From Vicugna vicugna (taxonomy: Eukaryota): a stretch of DNA of 64,000 nucleotides. Both the position numbers and the translations under genes were made by a program. Position 1 is the first letter of the stretch. Each line of letters begins with the position of its first letter. Where the stretch lies: the NCBI GenBank assembly GCA_013265495.1, contig MU057724.1, positions 1,131,102 through 1,195,101 of the forward strand, read 5' to 3'. This document shows, piece after piece, positions 63,540-64,000 of this stretch. The notes below the pieces were generated by a model. It ran no database searches, was not told where the DNA came from, and was given only the letters and a program-made list of their open reading frames with translations.

Positions 63540-63950
63540 GTCGTCACTTACCTAAACCCTTCATATTTTTCACCTGAATTCACTCTGATTTTTGCAAATC
63601 CTTCCTATCTATTAACTGTGAAAATTTTCAGAGTTGTTTGTTACTTTTAATAGTATTTATTTGCTTTGAAATATTCAGTGTATTCCTTGAAATGTGCAAA
63701 TTCTGTCTTCATTTTGTCCTGTTTTTATTATCTCATTTTTGATCTCTTGTATTGAATTAAAGTGCTTATTAATGTGATGCTGAATAAAATAATGGTGACA
63801 GCATAAAACAAGTGTGAAAAATTTCTCTCAATATCTTGAATTATGTTGTCTTCTAAGTTCATTGGTCTCACCAATAGCATGTTTCTTTATTTTGTTTTTC
63901 TCCCTGAATTTTGTGTTTGCATAACTGCCAGTTTATTTGACTCCCTCTTG
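63540..63950 (-). mobile_element. Old L1 fragment
   Basis: ttgctttgaaatattcagtg...gctgaataaaataatggtgacagcat...ttctctcaatatctt resembles antisense L1 ORF2. Confidence 0.5.
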
Positions 63951-64000
63951 GGCGCCTCTGTTCAGTCCTTTCGTCTGTTCTGACGCCGTCTGACAGGTCC

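Noticed and set aside
1..64000. Naming the host gene
   Set aside because: No exon matched a protein I recognise; any symbol would be a guess without a synteny search.

Overview
Mammalian non-coding genomic DNA, most likely from a camelid (alpaca/llama/camel), based on two tRNA-derived SINEs matching the camelid Vic-1 family (8021-8144, 49203-49338). I cannot support any protein-coding exon, RNA gene or CRISPR array. The ORF track consists of chance ORFs in GC-rich patches, translated tandem repeats and decayed LINE-1 ORF2 fragments. Much of the window is recognisable transposon debris: many L1 fragments, L2, MIR, three MLT1 solo LTRs, a MER21-like LTR and MER5A. It also holds two minisatellites (51-bp and palindromic 34-bp units), several CpG-rich patches and some repeat-free AT-rich blocks dense in homeodomain/FOX/SOX-type motifs that resemble developmental enhancers. 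L1s and LTRs lie mostly on the minus strand, suggesting the window sits in a large intron of a plus-strand gene that I cannot name. Some ancient repeats appear locally rewritten AT->GC, consistent with GC-biased gene conversion. I found no convincing new biological system; the findings are regulatory and evolutionary leads. Repeat family names come from recalled consensus sequences, not a database search, and boundaries of old repeats are approximate.
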